Below, in pieces: positions 12,359-26,849 of a DNA stretch of 64,000 bases. Where the stretch lies: assembly GCA_964187785.1 (NCBI GenBank), contig OZ076409.1:62932001-62996000 (forward strand), given 5' to 3'. Position numbers and translations under genes: made by a program. Numbering within the stretch: position 1 is the stretch's first letter; every line of letters starts with the position of its first letter. Under the pieces are notes generated by a model, which had not been told where the DNA came from, made no database searches, and was given only the letters and a program-made list of their open reading frames with translations. Origin of the DNA: Amphiscolops sp. MND2022 (taxonomy: Eukaryota).

Positions 12359-13865
12359 ATTGAACAAAATCTTCGCATAGAATAAGACAGACCACCATTG
12401 GGGTCTGAGAAAATACTAAATACAGTTGTTGTTCTCACATTATTTTTTACCAAGCCGTTAGCTGTAACAATTGTGATGTACATGTCTATGCCGAGAGTCA
12501 ACCACTTTCATGTTAATTACAAATGTGACCTGGAAAAGATCATCAGATACGAATCTAAAGATTACAGCAACAGAGACGACAATTAACCAGAGTCTATTTT
12601 AGGATAATATAATAGAGACACAAAAGCTGCTCAGAAACACTGTAAAAACATTTGCCACAAAAGCCGCCACTGCTATGGATAGAATGTCAGCTGCCTCAAA
12701 ACCATTCTGGTGACGTCAAATGTCATGCAAGGCCGAAGTCCACCAATTACCAAAGACCGAGAACAACAGATTAGCACTCAAAGAAATACCAAACAAAGTA
12801 TCCTACTCGAATTACGTCGATTCAATCAAGTTTCAGCACCGAAGATTTCCCATTACCTATTTCAATCGACTGCTGTAGCGGACGGCCTCCCGCATGCATC
12901 TGCGAAGCCACAGTAGGACAAACGGTAAAAAGCGTTTAAATTTTAGACCTTTTTGAGCAGAATGCCACAGACAATAAGGACCACTAGAAAGTCACCAAGT
13001 ATCTAAAATGATTTCAGAACTTTTGGGACACAAAACAAACAACAACTGCATGTTTGGAACATCATACAGCAATCTGACTAGTAGAATCAAGTTCAGAACG
13101 CTGAATGAGAACGAGGCACGAATCCATTCATTGATGGGAAGGAGTAGAACGGTCCATTCGAAAATGAAAGAAACTATTTTCAACCAACTCTACGGCAGGA
13201 AACAACGAAGGTGAAGATGTAGCTATTTGGACTTATCAACGGTAATAAGCCAAATTTTTGTATCGGCCAAGCCAGAAACGTTGCAGGTGTATGCCTTCAA
13301 AAACGGAGCCTGCAAAACCAATGAGAGCAACAAGCAGAAGAAAGGCTGATCCTTGTAGCGATATTTGACATATTTTTGGAACGAAAACAAATGCGAAACA
13401 TGTCGAAAGTGTATATGATTCAAAAACGCGAAAAAGAATAACGTGCCCAAAACAAGTTATAACAACGAATACGAACAAAGCGATTCACCAAAAATAAGAG
13501 AGGAAACCGATAACCAACGTTTTTTGAAGCCACTATGCAGGCGGGGTGAAGCCCGCAATACCGGATAACATGGGAGGTGGAACCATTTGACGAGCTTGCA
13601 CAATTGGGCGATGAATAACAAGGATAAACAGTAAACACAGCTGCTCGAAGAACATTTGCTCGAAAGCAGCTTCGATTTCTCTCACCTTCACTCATCCTAT
13701 GAAGGAACGAAGAAAGCTTATAAGAAACGGGTGAAAACAAATACGCCTGACGATAACAACTTACGAAAAACCTTGAAAATATGGATGTGGCCCACCTTGA
13801 TGATGCGCATTAACAGCAAAGAAGACAACTCCAAATACCTGTGGTCGACCAAAAATATACCCAAC

Positions 13866-16145
13866 TGTCACGACCCGCTCCCGGTCGTGTATTCACCTGT
13901 TGCAGTAGCATCCCAGGATTTGGTAGAGGCCGGGGACAAGGCCGAGGTAACTATCATTGAACTTAGAAACTTTGATAAACTAACCTAAACTCTCTTTGCA
14001 GTACAGCTGAATTAATTGCAAGTAATTCCCCAAATGCGAAAATCCAACGTAAGCGTTAGGGAATATTTTATAGAAATGATTCTAGACTAGCTAAAACTTC
14101 CGGTCAAATATTTTCACGCGTAATGCTACTCTCATTTCCGGTATTGTCTTCTGAATTTAGCCATACTAATCTAAACATTAAGACAGAAACATTCTCTAAT
14201 CGGGATCATTTTTCTTCTGTTCCTCACTAAAATGAAAACATCAAAAATAATATTCAACTCCGAGATCCCAACAGAGTACATACGATCTAAAATGAAAGAA
14301 CATACAGACAGAATACTGGAAGTGTTTTCCGGCGGTTAAATGGTTGTCAATATTCACTTAAGAATGCAATAAAGCAACATTAGAGAATGTTTACAACGCC
14401 TTGACTGCGTCACTCAACTAAGCTGGTATTAGGTGTTTCTATTTTTACGGACCAATAGCGTCGCTCCTTTAGTTGGATTATTTGAGCTCGAGCTAATAGA
14501 AACCATGCTTGGTTGCCCCTAGCAACGCCAATTAGCTAAAAGAAAGAATGAATTGGCCTACGCTCTCCGCTTTAACTCCGTCAGCCACCTCTGCTTGGCT
14601 ATAGCTAATCCTAATACGTACAGAGCAGCTACGGAACGGATTGTAAAATGGTATTCCGCCGGTCAGCTGTAGTTGATCTCAATAAGTACGGAGCACCTAC
14701 GGAGCAATTCGTAAAATAGTAGCGATGAAGAATTAGTTCAAACGGAAATCAAATAAGGTTTTTTCTGAATCGACGTACTTAAAGGATTCTGGAAATAAGT
14801 CCTCATGTAAAAGGTTGTACCGTAAAGAGAAGTTAAAACTATGATTGAAGGGTAACGATGCTGTGCTATTACAATAATCTCCTAAATCAGCTTTATCTTA
14901 CGTTACATTAAGAGTTTTTATGTATTCAGTAATTAGTGGCTTATCGCTAAAATATTTCACAGAACGTAACGTAAGGTTAACGTCAAATCCAAACCAAGTG
15001 CTATTCTTGCAGGATCACTTTTTTATTTATTCATATACGATGTTCATTCGGTTGCAAAGTAATTGTTGTCTGCGGTTGTATTTTTTCCTACCTATTTGTA
15101 CTTCGTAGTTTGTACTTGTTACGTTATGGCCACGTATAGGTCAAGTTTGAGTTTACTGTAGATGCAGTTGTTCGGTTTACACAAACTAATTGTTGGTCAT
15201 CATTATATTTTTCTTAGCATTGCTTGTTCCTCAATAATACCCAAATATCCGCGTTCTCAAATTCCTTTTGCTCCGTTTCAGTTCCGCTACAATTTTTGCG
15301 AGTGATTCTTTTGCTTCGAATCTCAACTTTCTTGAGTTAGGAATTGACTAATCGATCACGATGGCGTGCCTACGCCGATGAAAATTTAAGTTAGACTTTC
15401 ATTTTGCCGCAGTTTTAAGGCTTAAACAGGAAATGGATCGCCTGAACAAAAATGATTTCAACGGAGTTTTACGGAATACTGACGCAACTAGGAATTTTGA
15501 TACGTGATTTCATGACGCGGAAGTGAAATAATTTGAATCATTAGCGCTTTTTGATGAACAAACCCGATTTTATGATACCTAGGAATTTTTAGGTGGGGAA
15601 CAAATGATGCTAAGAAGGTATAATTACTTAGACAAGACATGTAAAGTTAGTTAGTTAACTGTGTAAGTTGTAATAAACTTAAACTGTTCCGTTGCTCTAA
15701 CGCTAAACAAAAATCTTCTTCGAAGAATTCACCTCTTGCCGAAGACCCTACTTTTGAACGATAAAAATGACAACTAGAAGTCAGAAAAGGAAAGCTGTAG
15801 CTGAGTTAGTTTCTGGAGATTTTGAAACCTCTGTAACCGAAAACTCTCCGTCTAAAAACCTCATAGCTAGCTCTAGCAAAGTTCCTAGAATAGAACCTGA
15901 GAGTCTGATTGAGATAAAAACGTCTCTAAGGAGAGAAATCATGTCTGATCTAACTAAAATACTTGCAGAAAACCAAAAGGAAATGCTTAAACTGATAGCA
16001 CCTTTAAACAAGAAACAAACTGTCCACATGAATGTTCAAGACTCTGACTCTGAACCTGAGAATGTCTCCGTAACATGGAGGTCTACCCCCGTCAAAATTC
16101 ATACTGCGACTAACTCTAAAACAACACCGGTAAATAGTCGTAACA
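13866..16145 (+). repeat. 5' LTR of element B (2280 bp)
   Basis: TGTCACGAC...GTCGTAACA termini; collinear, highly similar copy at 28050-30330; AATAAA at 15672-15677. Confidence 0.96.
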
Positions 16146-17176
16146 TGGTGACAGGAGTCCTCAATGACTCCACCAACCAACCCACAAAAAAACCGAAACA
16201 ACAACGTGCATCCAGTGAGCAAACAAAAGACCGTCCTTCAACATCTAAAAAACTGTTCGCGCCACAATTGCAGACAATTCCATCTACCAATCTACTTCCG
16301 ATGCCGAAAGAACTCACTGCTTTGCTTCCAGTCTTCGATGGTAAGTCCGAAAAGTTTGAACCTTTTGAGGACCTATTCCAAACTAACATCAAAATGTACC
16401 CTCATTCAACCGAGATACGAAAGATCAACTACTTCCATTCACTCCTACGAGGAAACGCGCTACAAGCGTATTGCAATCTAGACGACACTAAAAAAGACAA
16501 TCTAGAGGAAGTCATAACGGCATTCAAACGTCGTTTTGGCGATTTTCAATCATCTGCTAAGGCAAGATGCGAGTGGTATGCGCTACATTTTGACCCCACT
16601 AAACAGAAACTCCATGAGTTCCTTGACACCCTGCAAAAAACTGCGAAAGAAGTGTTCGATTCTGAAGCGCAAAAATTCATTGATAAGGCAATATACGCCA
16701 AAATGCCGGATCACGTCAAAAAGATCCTCATCAGGGCATTTTTGGAAGATAAGCCCTACAGCGACATAGTTTTGCATCTTGAGAGGGAGATGAGATTAAA
16801 CGGACTAGATGCGCCTGATGAAACAACCCTAGTCCCACTCAACACAGTGGACGCTGTAGTGACGGACGATAAAAAAGACCAATAGCAACGAGGTCATTGC
16901 TTTCACTGTGGCAAATATGGTCCCTATAAAGCATAGTATCGCAAACTCCAACGAGAACGTTACAATATCGCCAAAACAACCACAAAAGACCCAGCCCAAA
17001 ACGAACCACCCAAACCCAAGTGTGATACATGTGGAAAGATGCACAAAACTGAGAACTGTTGGAACGGAGCTAATGCGGCAAATGACCCCAGAAGGAAGAA
17101 ACGAGAATTCACCATTCCAACCAACAAAATTGGTGAACAACCCGTACCCACATCGTCCTCCCAGCCAAAAAACTGA
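15767..17176 (+). pseudogene. gag: gag of element B (starts inside the 5' LTR; in-frame stops in this copy)
   Basis: LPVFDGKSEKF capsid-like motif; knuckles CFHCGKYG.. (degenerate) and CDTCGKMHKTENC; the frame continues past the stop at 16883 to TGA at 17174-17176. Confidence 0.9.
16146..16158 (+). promoter_or_regulatory. Primer-binding site of element B (tRNA-Leu-like)
   Basis: TGGTGACAGGAGT directly after the LTR end; resembles the TGGTGTCAGGAGT Leu-type PBS. Confidence 0.7.
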
Positions 17177-17197
17177 AATCGCCGCGCCTACGATTTG
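17167..17197 (+). promoter_or_regulatory. Putative -1 ribosomal frameshift signal between gag and pol
   Basis: A AAA AAC heptamer right before the gag TGA; the -1 frame is open into ORF 17218-17499; downstream AAATCG...CGATTT stem. Confidence 0.7.
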
Positions 17198-20100
17198 GGG
17201 GAAAAGTAGACTCGAGGGTGTACACGATAGAGGACCCCCCAAACAGTTATGAGGAAGATTTTTTAACCGAATGCAATGAAGAACCAACTCAAGACTGGCA
17301 ACGCCGTTGGAACGTAGGCATGATACTCAGGCATAACGCCAGACACCCAGAAGATCCAACACCACTACCCCAGTGGATAACGGTGTCGCCCGATATCTAT
17401 GCGACACTCAAAAGACCGTTGCCGGAATCAAAAACAGAACGAATTTACATATATGACAGAAACTACAGATGTGACCCCTGGGATGAACCAACTATCTAAG
17501 ATACAAATAAACTATCCTTCAAAATCCAAGTCTCAAACCCTCAAGCCCAATTTACGGGGATCACAAACTTACCATCACCGCCGTCACCGATCCTGAAAAG
17601 AACAACACCATCCCCAACAGTACCCGTCACCATCACGTCCACACCGATAGACGCAGAGAACATCATATGCATTGAAGATAAAACAATATGGGCACATCAA
17701 GAAAGAGGAAAACGAGAGAATGCCGACCCTCCAGTAACACCCCCAAAAACCGCGCCCGTCACAGCACTGACAAACGACGACGTAGAAATCACGGAATGTC
17801 CCTCAAAACTGCCTGAAGATTTAGATGCCATCAAGGAATTCATCCAACACGACAAAGATGACGACTACATTCCGTTAATGTCCGCCATCGCACTCAAGAA
17901 GAAAAAAACGAATGCTTTTCCTACCAGTCGAATTCAACACAGTCAAAATCGACGCCCTAAGTTACTCAGGTGCGTACATTAACGCTATTAGTGAAAGAGA
18001 CGCTGAAAAACTCCGCCAGCACACTAGTCAATGCATTGTCAATAAAGCACCCTCATCCCCTTTCAAAGTACAGTACGCTAATGCCGAATTAGAACAACCA
18101 CTCGCCACGTACACCCTACGTTTCAAAATAGGGGACTACACCTTTGAAGAAACATTCATCATCATGAATCAAACGTCATTCCCCATAATCGGATTAGCGT
18201 TCCTACGTAAACAGGCCGCAATTCTCGACACTGCACAAGGAACCATCGACTTCCCTAAGATCCAAATCACGATGGCACTCACAGATGAAAGACAAAAGTG
18301 CAATCCCAAGTCCATCACAATAAAGACCGAAGCCAAGCACACAATCCCAGCGCACTCTACCCGGATCATCTACGCAACAATCCCTGTGAGTACCGAACAT
18401 TCAATAACTGGCACAATACAACCCTTGCCACAATTTGACGAATGCGCGAAAGTAATAGTAGCCCCAGCAATTACCACAGCCAGAGATAAAAAGGTACCAA
18501 ATAAAATCGCCAATACCACGGATTTCCCATACACAATAGCTACTGACACCAAAATAGCCGAACTACAAATCCTGAAACCCGAAGAAACGAAGATGATCCG
18601 TCCAGTCGACATAGCCGCCCTGAATCTTCTCACCGAACATGACGATGTGGTCACGTACATTATTGCACTAATGCAAGTAGAGCGGCCCGAAGATAATGAA
18701 GAGAAATTCTGGTTCCCAACTCCAGAACACCCAGGCAATGAACAAGAACATTCGCCCATACAAAAGCGAATCTTGAAAGAACTGCGAGACCTTGCCGAAC
18801 TAGAAAAACTTGACCCAACCGAAAATGAAGAATCCTGAAACAAATTTTTATCCATGTTCAAATGGACAGATTCACTGATTACGGGCAAAGACCGTGAAAA
18901 CCTTGAAGACACCATTGTCGAATTCAACGACATCTTCGCTCGACACCGGCTAGACATCGGGATGAACACGCAATTCAAAGTCAACTTAACCCCACAAGAC
19001 GACAAACCAGTGTACACACAAAGCCTACCAGTTCCCATCAACCTCAAAGAAAATCTGACGGTGGAACTGGCCCTCATGCATCGATCGATCTGGCATCTTT
19101 ACGACACTCCCCTTCTCCAAGTACGCCAGTCCCATATTTGCGCAACGCGAGCCCAACGGCAAGCTGAGACTACTGGTAGATCTGCGCAAAATCAACGCAC
19201 TCATAGCAGATGACTACATCAACAACAACCACACCCTGTCAGCACCCTCTCAGATGCGGCACAACACCTAGCAGGGAAAAAACTATTTTGCAAGCTTGAC
19301 TGCTCCCAGGCGTACCACTGCCTTCAAATTGCAGATCAAAGGTCAATAGAATTACTTGCTTTCAATTTTGCTAGTAGGACGTTCGCCTACCGTCGCCTGG
19401 CACAAGGACTAAGCAGAGCTCTATCAGCCTTTTCGAGCTTTATGCGTGAGTATTTGGATTCAGTCATCAAAGCAGACCTATGTGCACAATATGTAGATGA
19501 CATTGGCATTGCCGCAAATACAACGGAACAACTCATAAAGAACGTCAGAGCTGTCTTCAAGTGTATTAGAGAGGCAGGAATAAAACTAACCTTTGGAGTA
19601 ACCCAAATCGAATTTCTTGGCCGAACCATCACCCCTGACGGAGTAGCTCCGCAAGACCAAAAAGTCAAAAATTTCTTTTCCAAAGTTCGCTTCCCCAAAT
19701 CCAAAAAGCAGGTTCAAAGATACATCGGCTTTGTCAACTATTACCGTAATTACATACCGTGTTGTCAGAAAAACTCATTCGCATGTACGAATTTCTCAAA
19801 GCAGACTCTAAAATCAGAATCTCAGAGGAACTTGCAGATAACTTTAAAAAAATTAACGCCAGTTTAGCAGAAGCTTGTGGACTCGCACTCATACAGCCCA
19901 TAGCAGGAAAACAGTACGTTCTAATGACGGATGCAAGCTTTCGTGCATCAGGCTACGCCCTCATGATCGAAGAGAACGATGAACGCAAAATACTCTCTGA
20001 ACGGAAAACTTTCGCACCAGTAGCGTTTGGATCACGAGTTTTCTCACCTGCACAACTGAAAATGTCCATCTACTGCAAGGAATTCTTAGCAATCTACCAT

Positions 20101-22076
20101 GCCTTCCTTGAATACAGCCATATACTATGGGAAACAACAATTCCAACGCTGGTCTTGACAGACAACCGCTCAGTGACCAGATTCTTCCAGACGAAAACAA
20201 CACCTCCTGCACTCTGGAATGCCTGTGACTATGTACTACAATTCAAGTTCCGAATCATGCACGTGGCTGGCTCCCAAAACACGGCAGCAGATTTTCTCTC
20301 AAGACTTAAACTCACACCGAAAGAAAAGGTACAACTTAAACTACGAGACGACATCCTAACGTCCCCAATTGAGGTTAATCTACAATCATCAGATGTAGCT
20401 GACGAAGAAAAACTTTTCTTCCTACCAGACGAAGAAGATAAATCTGAACAAAAAATCTTTGCCCGAAAAGCACTCAGCAAGCGACGTGCTATAGACGAAC
20501 ATGAGAAAGAACTATCAACAAAAGTACCCGAAGTCATCAAGATACCACTCAACTCCGCAGTGTACTCCTTCGGCGCAATTAAAGAAAATGCACGGATCAG
20601 AAACGAACAAGATGTAGATCCTCTTCTCAAAGCACTAAAACAACGGATCTCACACGAAGAATATGACAAACACCTTCTCGAAACTGAACCACGAGGACGA
20701 AATCTTTTACGCCACGAAGAAAGAATCATAATGAAAGATGGATTTCTAATGCGGAAGTACTATGGAGAAGACGGATCAGTTACACACAACCAAATCATAA
20801 TCCCAAAACATCTAGTCCCAGAACTCTCGTCCACTCTGCATGGGAAAACAGATAAACACCCAGGAATTACCAAAATGATACAGGAGTGTAGAGCGAAATA
20901 CTACTTCCCGGGTCTTGCACGCAAAATCTGAGCTTGGGTAACCAGTTGTCCGGATTGCATTGCCAACAAAAGGATTGACACGAGACAGATACGTCTCAAA
21001 ATGCTAAGCCACACTGAATTCACAATAGGACCAGATAACTGCCTAGAAGTAAACATCTTACCGAATCTACCTTCCTCAAATGGATACCAACACATCATAA
21101 CAATGATGGATGTCTTCTCGCGTTACCTTTTCGCATACCCGACTCAGGACATGACAGCAAAAACAGTGGCACGATGTATAATTGATGTCATGACAAGGCA
21201 TTGCTAGCTACCAACCGTCATACTAACGGATAAAGGATCACAGTTCAGATCGGAGGTAGTCAATCAAATAGCTCAAACGCTTGACATACAGATAAACCAT
21301 GCATAAACGAAACATGCCCAAACGATTGGTATACATGCCCAAACGAACACATGCCTCATTGCAAACTTCACTAAAAATATCTACGGGAGAACGACGTTCC
21401 ATGTGGCACAAGTACGTCCAGATCGCAGTCATGAACTACAATACGAGCTACCATGAAAGCCTAGGCTGCGAGCCCACGACAGTGTTTCACGGACACATTA
21501 CGTACAACATTCTGGACATAAAACTCGGATTGAAACCTAACTGAGATAAAGATAGCAACGAAGAATTAACGGATCAACTACAGAAACAAATAGCCGAAAT
21601 ACACCAAGCCGCCAAAGAAAATCTAATGCAGTCCTACCTCAAATACAAACAGTACTATGACAAGAAAGCAACGGCTACACCGCTCAAAGTCAACGACTAC
21701 TGCTACGTCCTTAATCCGAAGGCAGACAACCAGTCGATGAAATTCGCTTTCAAAGATTGCATTTGGACTGGTCCCTACATAGTAGTCAAAGTACTCTCGA
21801 ACAACAACTACGTCGTACGTCGCACGGGAACTAGGTATACTCAAACCCTCAAAAGAATTCGCCTAAGGCTATATGCGCCTAATCAGCGAGTACCTGACGT
21901 AACAGTCAGAAAGGAAGATTACCTTCCAGACCCAGAGGTTAAAACAACCCACAATAATTGGTACGCGCAAGCTTGGGAAACTGAATTCGGAGAAGTTCTG
22001 TTCGGAAACACTACGGAAAACGCCGCCGAAGAAGATACAGTTACAGAAATCGCAGACACAACAGGAAACGGCGAAA

Positions 22077-22202
22077 TTACAGCGGAAAATGACGTGGTAA
22101 AAACAGCCACAAGCGAAGTTACAACGGAAAATGACGTGGTTAAAACAGCCACAAGCGAAGCTACAACGGAAAATGACGTGGTTCAAACAGCCACAAACGA
22201 AA
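22077..22202 (+). repeat. Three 42-bp in-frame tandem repeats in the pol tail
   Basis: TAENDVVKTATSEV / TTENDVVKTATSEA / TTENDVVQTAT. Confidence 0.9.
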
Positions 22203-22614
22203 ACACTGAAGGGGATAGAACACCTTCCGACAACGTTACGTCATTTAACCTAGATGTCAGCGATAACCCATATATTTTAACCCCACCGCCGATACAAAGC
22301 CCCCCGAAACTCCTGAACTACCGCCTATTGTTGTTGGATATAATCCTAGAAAAGTGGGATGATATAACTTGCAACCTAATCCGCGACCTAATGTCAATCC
22401 TGACTTTAGAATGCTCGACTCAGTCACTACGGAAGAATCACGTCCAACTCAAGACCAAACGAAAAGACTAGTAAACCAAACCGGACCGGAATGGCTACGT
22501 CAATTTTTTTCTCGGGATTCTCTAAAACTATGTACACAAAGACTGATACAATGGAAATCAGTGGACAACAAAAGGAAAATATATCTACATCAAAGTCTAC
22601 AAGAAATCATATTA

Positions 22615-25600
22615 TCAGCAGTTTTTGGATAGTTTCTTAGGCTTCGGGTGGGTACCAGAGCCATCATCATCAGCATCTTGCCCAGTTTTCTTTCTTCCTT
22701 TAGATGAACCAGCCCCACCACCCGAGTTACCACCGACGTTTTTCTGCTGCTTCCCTTTAGACGAAACAGTGGCAGGCTTAGACCCCGACTTCGTTCCGCA
22801 ATCACTTGACTTACTGCCACCAGATTTCACAGAAATACCACTTGGAGGACCTGTATCTTGCCTCCTCCGCTAAATCATAGAACTCAGGGAACCACTAGAA
22901 CCAGCTGTATCGCCACTATCAGATAACCGGGACATCCGATTTGCATTATTGTACTCCACATAACGAGCATCGAAGCTCTTCTGGCGCTCCGCGAGGAAAG
23001 TAGTAAATACTGCACTATACTTCACAACAAAGGTATCTTCATCCTCCCCGCAAAACTCTGTCCACATGCTGAAGTTAGACAATCCAAAGAATCAAACAGC
23101 ATCTGCGATGGCCTTTTTCACAACTTTAAGAGTCTGATCACTGCAGAACGACTGATGCGAATACCCATCGCTCAATATATACGACTGCACCAGTTGCACA
23201 CAGCTCTGAAAGTACTCAACACTCAATTCAAATTCAGATAAATCCAAAGACAGGGCAGGATATTGCAAAGCAGACACCCCCGAGACGAGACAACATAGCT
23301 TGAATACACAGAGCAAATGATGACGTGATAAAAATCCAACATCACGGAGCAGGTACGGCACCACATTCACAATGTCACCAGCAGACTGCCCTGACATGGA
23401 ATGATACCCCCGTTTTTCCACAATGAAACTCGCATGTTCCTCCAAAGCTGCACTACTCTCGTCCACACTTAGAGCATCACAAGATACAAGAATACGGCAC
23501 AAATCCGCAAACAGGCTGAAAACGGCCACATCATCACCTTCCAACATCAACTCGGGGCAGAAACTACACATCCCTTTGGCAATAACGGAACGTGCATATG
23601 TGCTTTCCAGTAAAATGATGATCAGACGATCAACAAACGGCCGACAATGAAGTCGGAAAGCCACATACTCTTTCGTCTTGCCTGCGGATAACTGCTTGCC
23701 CAAGTCATGACTGGCGAGAAAGGAATCGCACGGAACAACAGCGAAATCTAGGATCTTCACGATATCCATGTAGGACTCACAAGCGTGAATTTCAGAAAGA
23801 CCACTAGTGCTACGAGTCTTCAAGAGCAGGCAATACACAAAATTGCAAAACTCGCCATAAGCACGGAAAGCATAATCTGCCTGACCCTGTCGCAACTTGG
23901 GGCAATTGTTGTGGACTAAAACACAAACCATGTTCGTATACAACAGAAGACCAGTTCTACCACAATACTAAAAAAAAAAACAAAATGAAGGAGCAGCCAA
24001 TGATACGAACAAATAGACAGTCAACAACAATCAAGAAACAAGCCATCAACTCAAAAAGAAAACACTCACAAGTATCAAGGATCACTTTCAGCAGACCAAA
24101 CCGATAGGTTATCATATTATCGGCAGTTAGTAACCAATCAATCCCCTGCAGCTAAAATATACACAACAGGCTACGATAAAACGTAACACTGAAACTACAA
24201 AGGACGAAGCTATCACGCCAAACACCAATGAAAACAAATTTTCACTCACCCGTTCAGCTTTGTCCTTAGCCTCAGGATTACCAGTGCATCGAACAAACGG
24301 ACGTATCGAAGACCATAACTCGATCAAATCTGACAGTACATCCCGCAGATCAGCGAATTACACGTGGCCCTGCCGAACAATCTTGCACAGTATGGTTCTC
24401 TCCTCCATCCAGTCCTCGTAAATGGCAGTTTTTAAGCGTAACACAGTATAATCCACCAGGGAAGTCACCTCCACCATACTGAACACGTCCTGGTAGGCTT
24501 GCCGGATACAACGAATCAACATCTCACTAGTGAAAGGCTGGTAAGAAACAAAGACACGACCGTCAACTCGAGTGTCACTCAAGACACGGACTAAGGACGG
24601 ACTTCCGCCAACTATAGCCAAGGGCAACTCCCCAGACGGCAGACTACAAACGACTTGTGCCAAGGGCAGCAACTCTGGTTTTGGCACACTCTGCAGCAGC
24701 GACTCACAACCGACACATACCTTTTTCAAATAGTTGTCTTTCCAGAAGAGAACGAAACAACGTTCCACCTCCGTATCCTTTTCGTATTGCAGAGCATACT
24801 CCCGAAATTGCCCAATATTCTTGAACATCACGCGCAGCACTCGGGGAACAAGGCCTTGACACAACACTGACTAAAACAAACGCTCATAGAAAAAAAAGAA
24901 GGAAGAGAAAACAAAAAACAACGGAGAGTGAAATTACACCACAGTAAACATTTATGGCCACCTAGAAGCTTACAATAAAAGGATCAAAAAAAACACAACA
25001 GAACATCAGTTACCAGACGAACTTACTACACAAAAGTACCAACCACAGTCTCTGAACGGCTCCACTGTAAGGTGAATTCCGGCTCCTGACCGCCCAGTGA
25101 CGCAAGGAAGTAACCCCACAGGCGACGAACCAACGTAAAATCTCCGCCACTCCGCAACACATCATTCAAACTCGAAACGAGAGTCATCAGTGGCACCTTC
25201 GAAGAAGCTTTCGAATGTTTGGGCAACATGTCCTCAGGGAAGGGAAACTCCCCGCCCAAATCCACGGAAGGCCGCGAAAAGAAGTCGTCCCTCTGCCGAG
25301 CACTCAACTCCATGGGCTCCATTAGCTTGTTGTATACAGGGAGACCCATGTGCACACGATACGTGACGTCCTGCTCCCAATGCTTCTTCGACTCAAAATG
25401 ACGAATAATCTCAGCCGCCCCTTTTGAGCCCATCTTTACGTCTCTCCTACAAATGCGACAATAGAAGAGCTTTGCACTTCCACACTCCGAACCCGTCACG
25501 AAATCAGCAAACAACGGATTCAGAGCTAACATTTGACGATGCAACAATTTCTGACTGCTATATGTTTTCGTCTTCGGGCGTTCAAGGTGACTCTCCACTT

Positions 25601-26672
25601 TCTCAACAAGCTCGCTAAAGCCTATAATACACACAAAACTAATCAGGCAAACGAAACACCCAAACTAAACGTCACCGCAACGTACTACACACCATCACCA
25701 GAAGGCCAATAACAAACAATCAACAATCCTGTCTGTATCTGCCGAGCCGTACGCTCTTCTACCGTCGAAGCCAACTGACGGCCCAACTGCATCATTTCGG
25801 GTGACACAGGAGTTGCCGAAAATGACACGTCTTCTGCTCCACTCCAACCATTCAATGTAGCATCAAGCTCTGGGACCCGTGTTGTCCTTTTTAAATTTGG
25901 AGAAGACTCCATGAACTTCACGCTCGTCTTCCGGAACGGAAACACCTTCGAACCTACAACACAATCGCGATAAGAACTGGAAAATAGAGCCCAATAAGTT
26001 GGCCGATAAATAAACATGAAAAAACAAATAAAACAACAACAACAAAAAAGAAAACAAACATGCGTAACAACAAGCACACAACTTACAGCTTGGCAAATTC
26101 TCCTCTCCTATAGTATTTTCGTCTCCCGTGGAGGTGGTAGCAGCCTCACCTCCATGAGGCTCCACACTGACATAAAAATTGCCCGGGACTACCTCGGACA
26201 AATCAGGAGGAACAGCAGAGGAAACATCAATGCCCGGAACAACTGAAGACTCAGTAGTAGGACAAGCGGGAAGCAACGCTGTTAAAGCATCATTGATGGA
26301 CTGCTCAGGAACCAGCACTGAAGTCACTGGAGGCAGCTTCGAAGAAGAACCCAGCGAAGATAGCCCCACGGGGGTAGCAGAGGTCCCACCCGTGGTGGTA
26401 GCGGAAACAACAGCCAAGGAAGTTCTAGGTTGGGTTACTGAAAATCAAGATCTGGTTCAGACGCGTCAGAGTTACGGGTAAGACTATAAAAGGCTGATCA
26501 CCAAAATAACAATAGTCCTAATGCCCAGGAAGTCAGAAAGATTCTACCAACCTGAAGACGTAACTACAACTTCCGCTTCCGAGGGTCAAGCGTCGTCTTC
26601 AGTGAAGCAGAAGTTAGTCTCATGCCCCCTGAGGAAGCCAGAGATACCAGGAGGAACAGCGTCTTCACTCAT
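22615..26672 (-). pseudogene. Antisense multi-exon gene inside element B; BED-type zinc finger protein, probably derived from a hAT transposase (about 1,150 codons, with stops and frameshifts in this copy)
   Basis: Predicted introns on the - strand: 26484-26551, 26003-26086 (acceptor CAG>CGG), 25622-25692, 24871-25043, 24152-24249, 23968-24069, with GT donors and T-rich acceptors; FYCRICRRDVKMGSKGAAEIIRHFESKKH zinc finger; ORFs 23092-23943, 22870-23082 and 22615-22830 share one frame. Confidence 0.8.
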
Positions 26673-26849
26673 GACCAAAAGTGACCACAGCGATCGTCAA
26701 CGCAATCTAAAAAGGGAAAAAAATCAACAAAGAGGAAATCACGTCGAGTGAAAGTAAATACCCTAAAAGAAAATTAACAACGTCATCCTTACGTAATTGG
26801 AAAAATCATCTAATCTTCAACTTCAGTGAAAGCCTATTATGGCATTGAT

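Larger units (their letters stand above)
17167..22560 (+). pseudogene. pol: pol of element B: protease, dUTPase-like linker, RT, RNase H, integrase
   Basis: DALSYSGA (decayed DSG), IIGLAFL, LRLLVDLRKIN, CAQYVDDIGI, LMTDASF, HGKTDKHPG..CPDC, ILTDKG, WTGPY; several stops and frameshifts. Confidence 0.95.

Noticed and set aside
18370..20729. Long - strand ORFs 18370-19077 and 20229-20729
   Set aside because: Antisense shadows of pol with no independent motifs or splice signals
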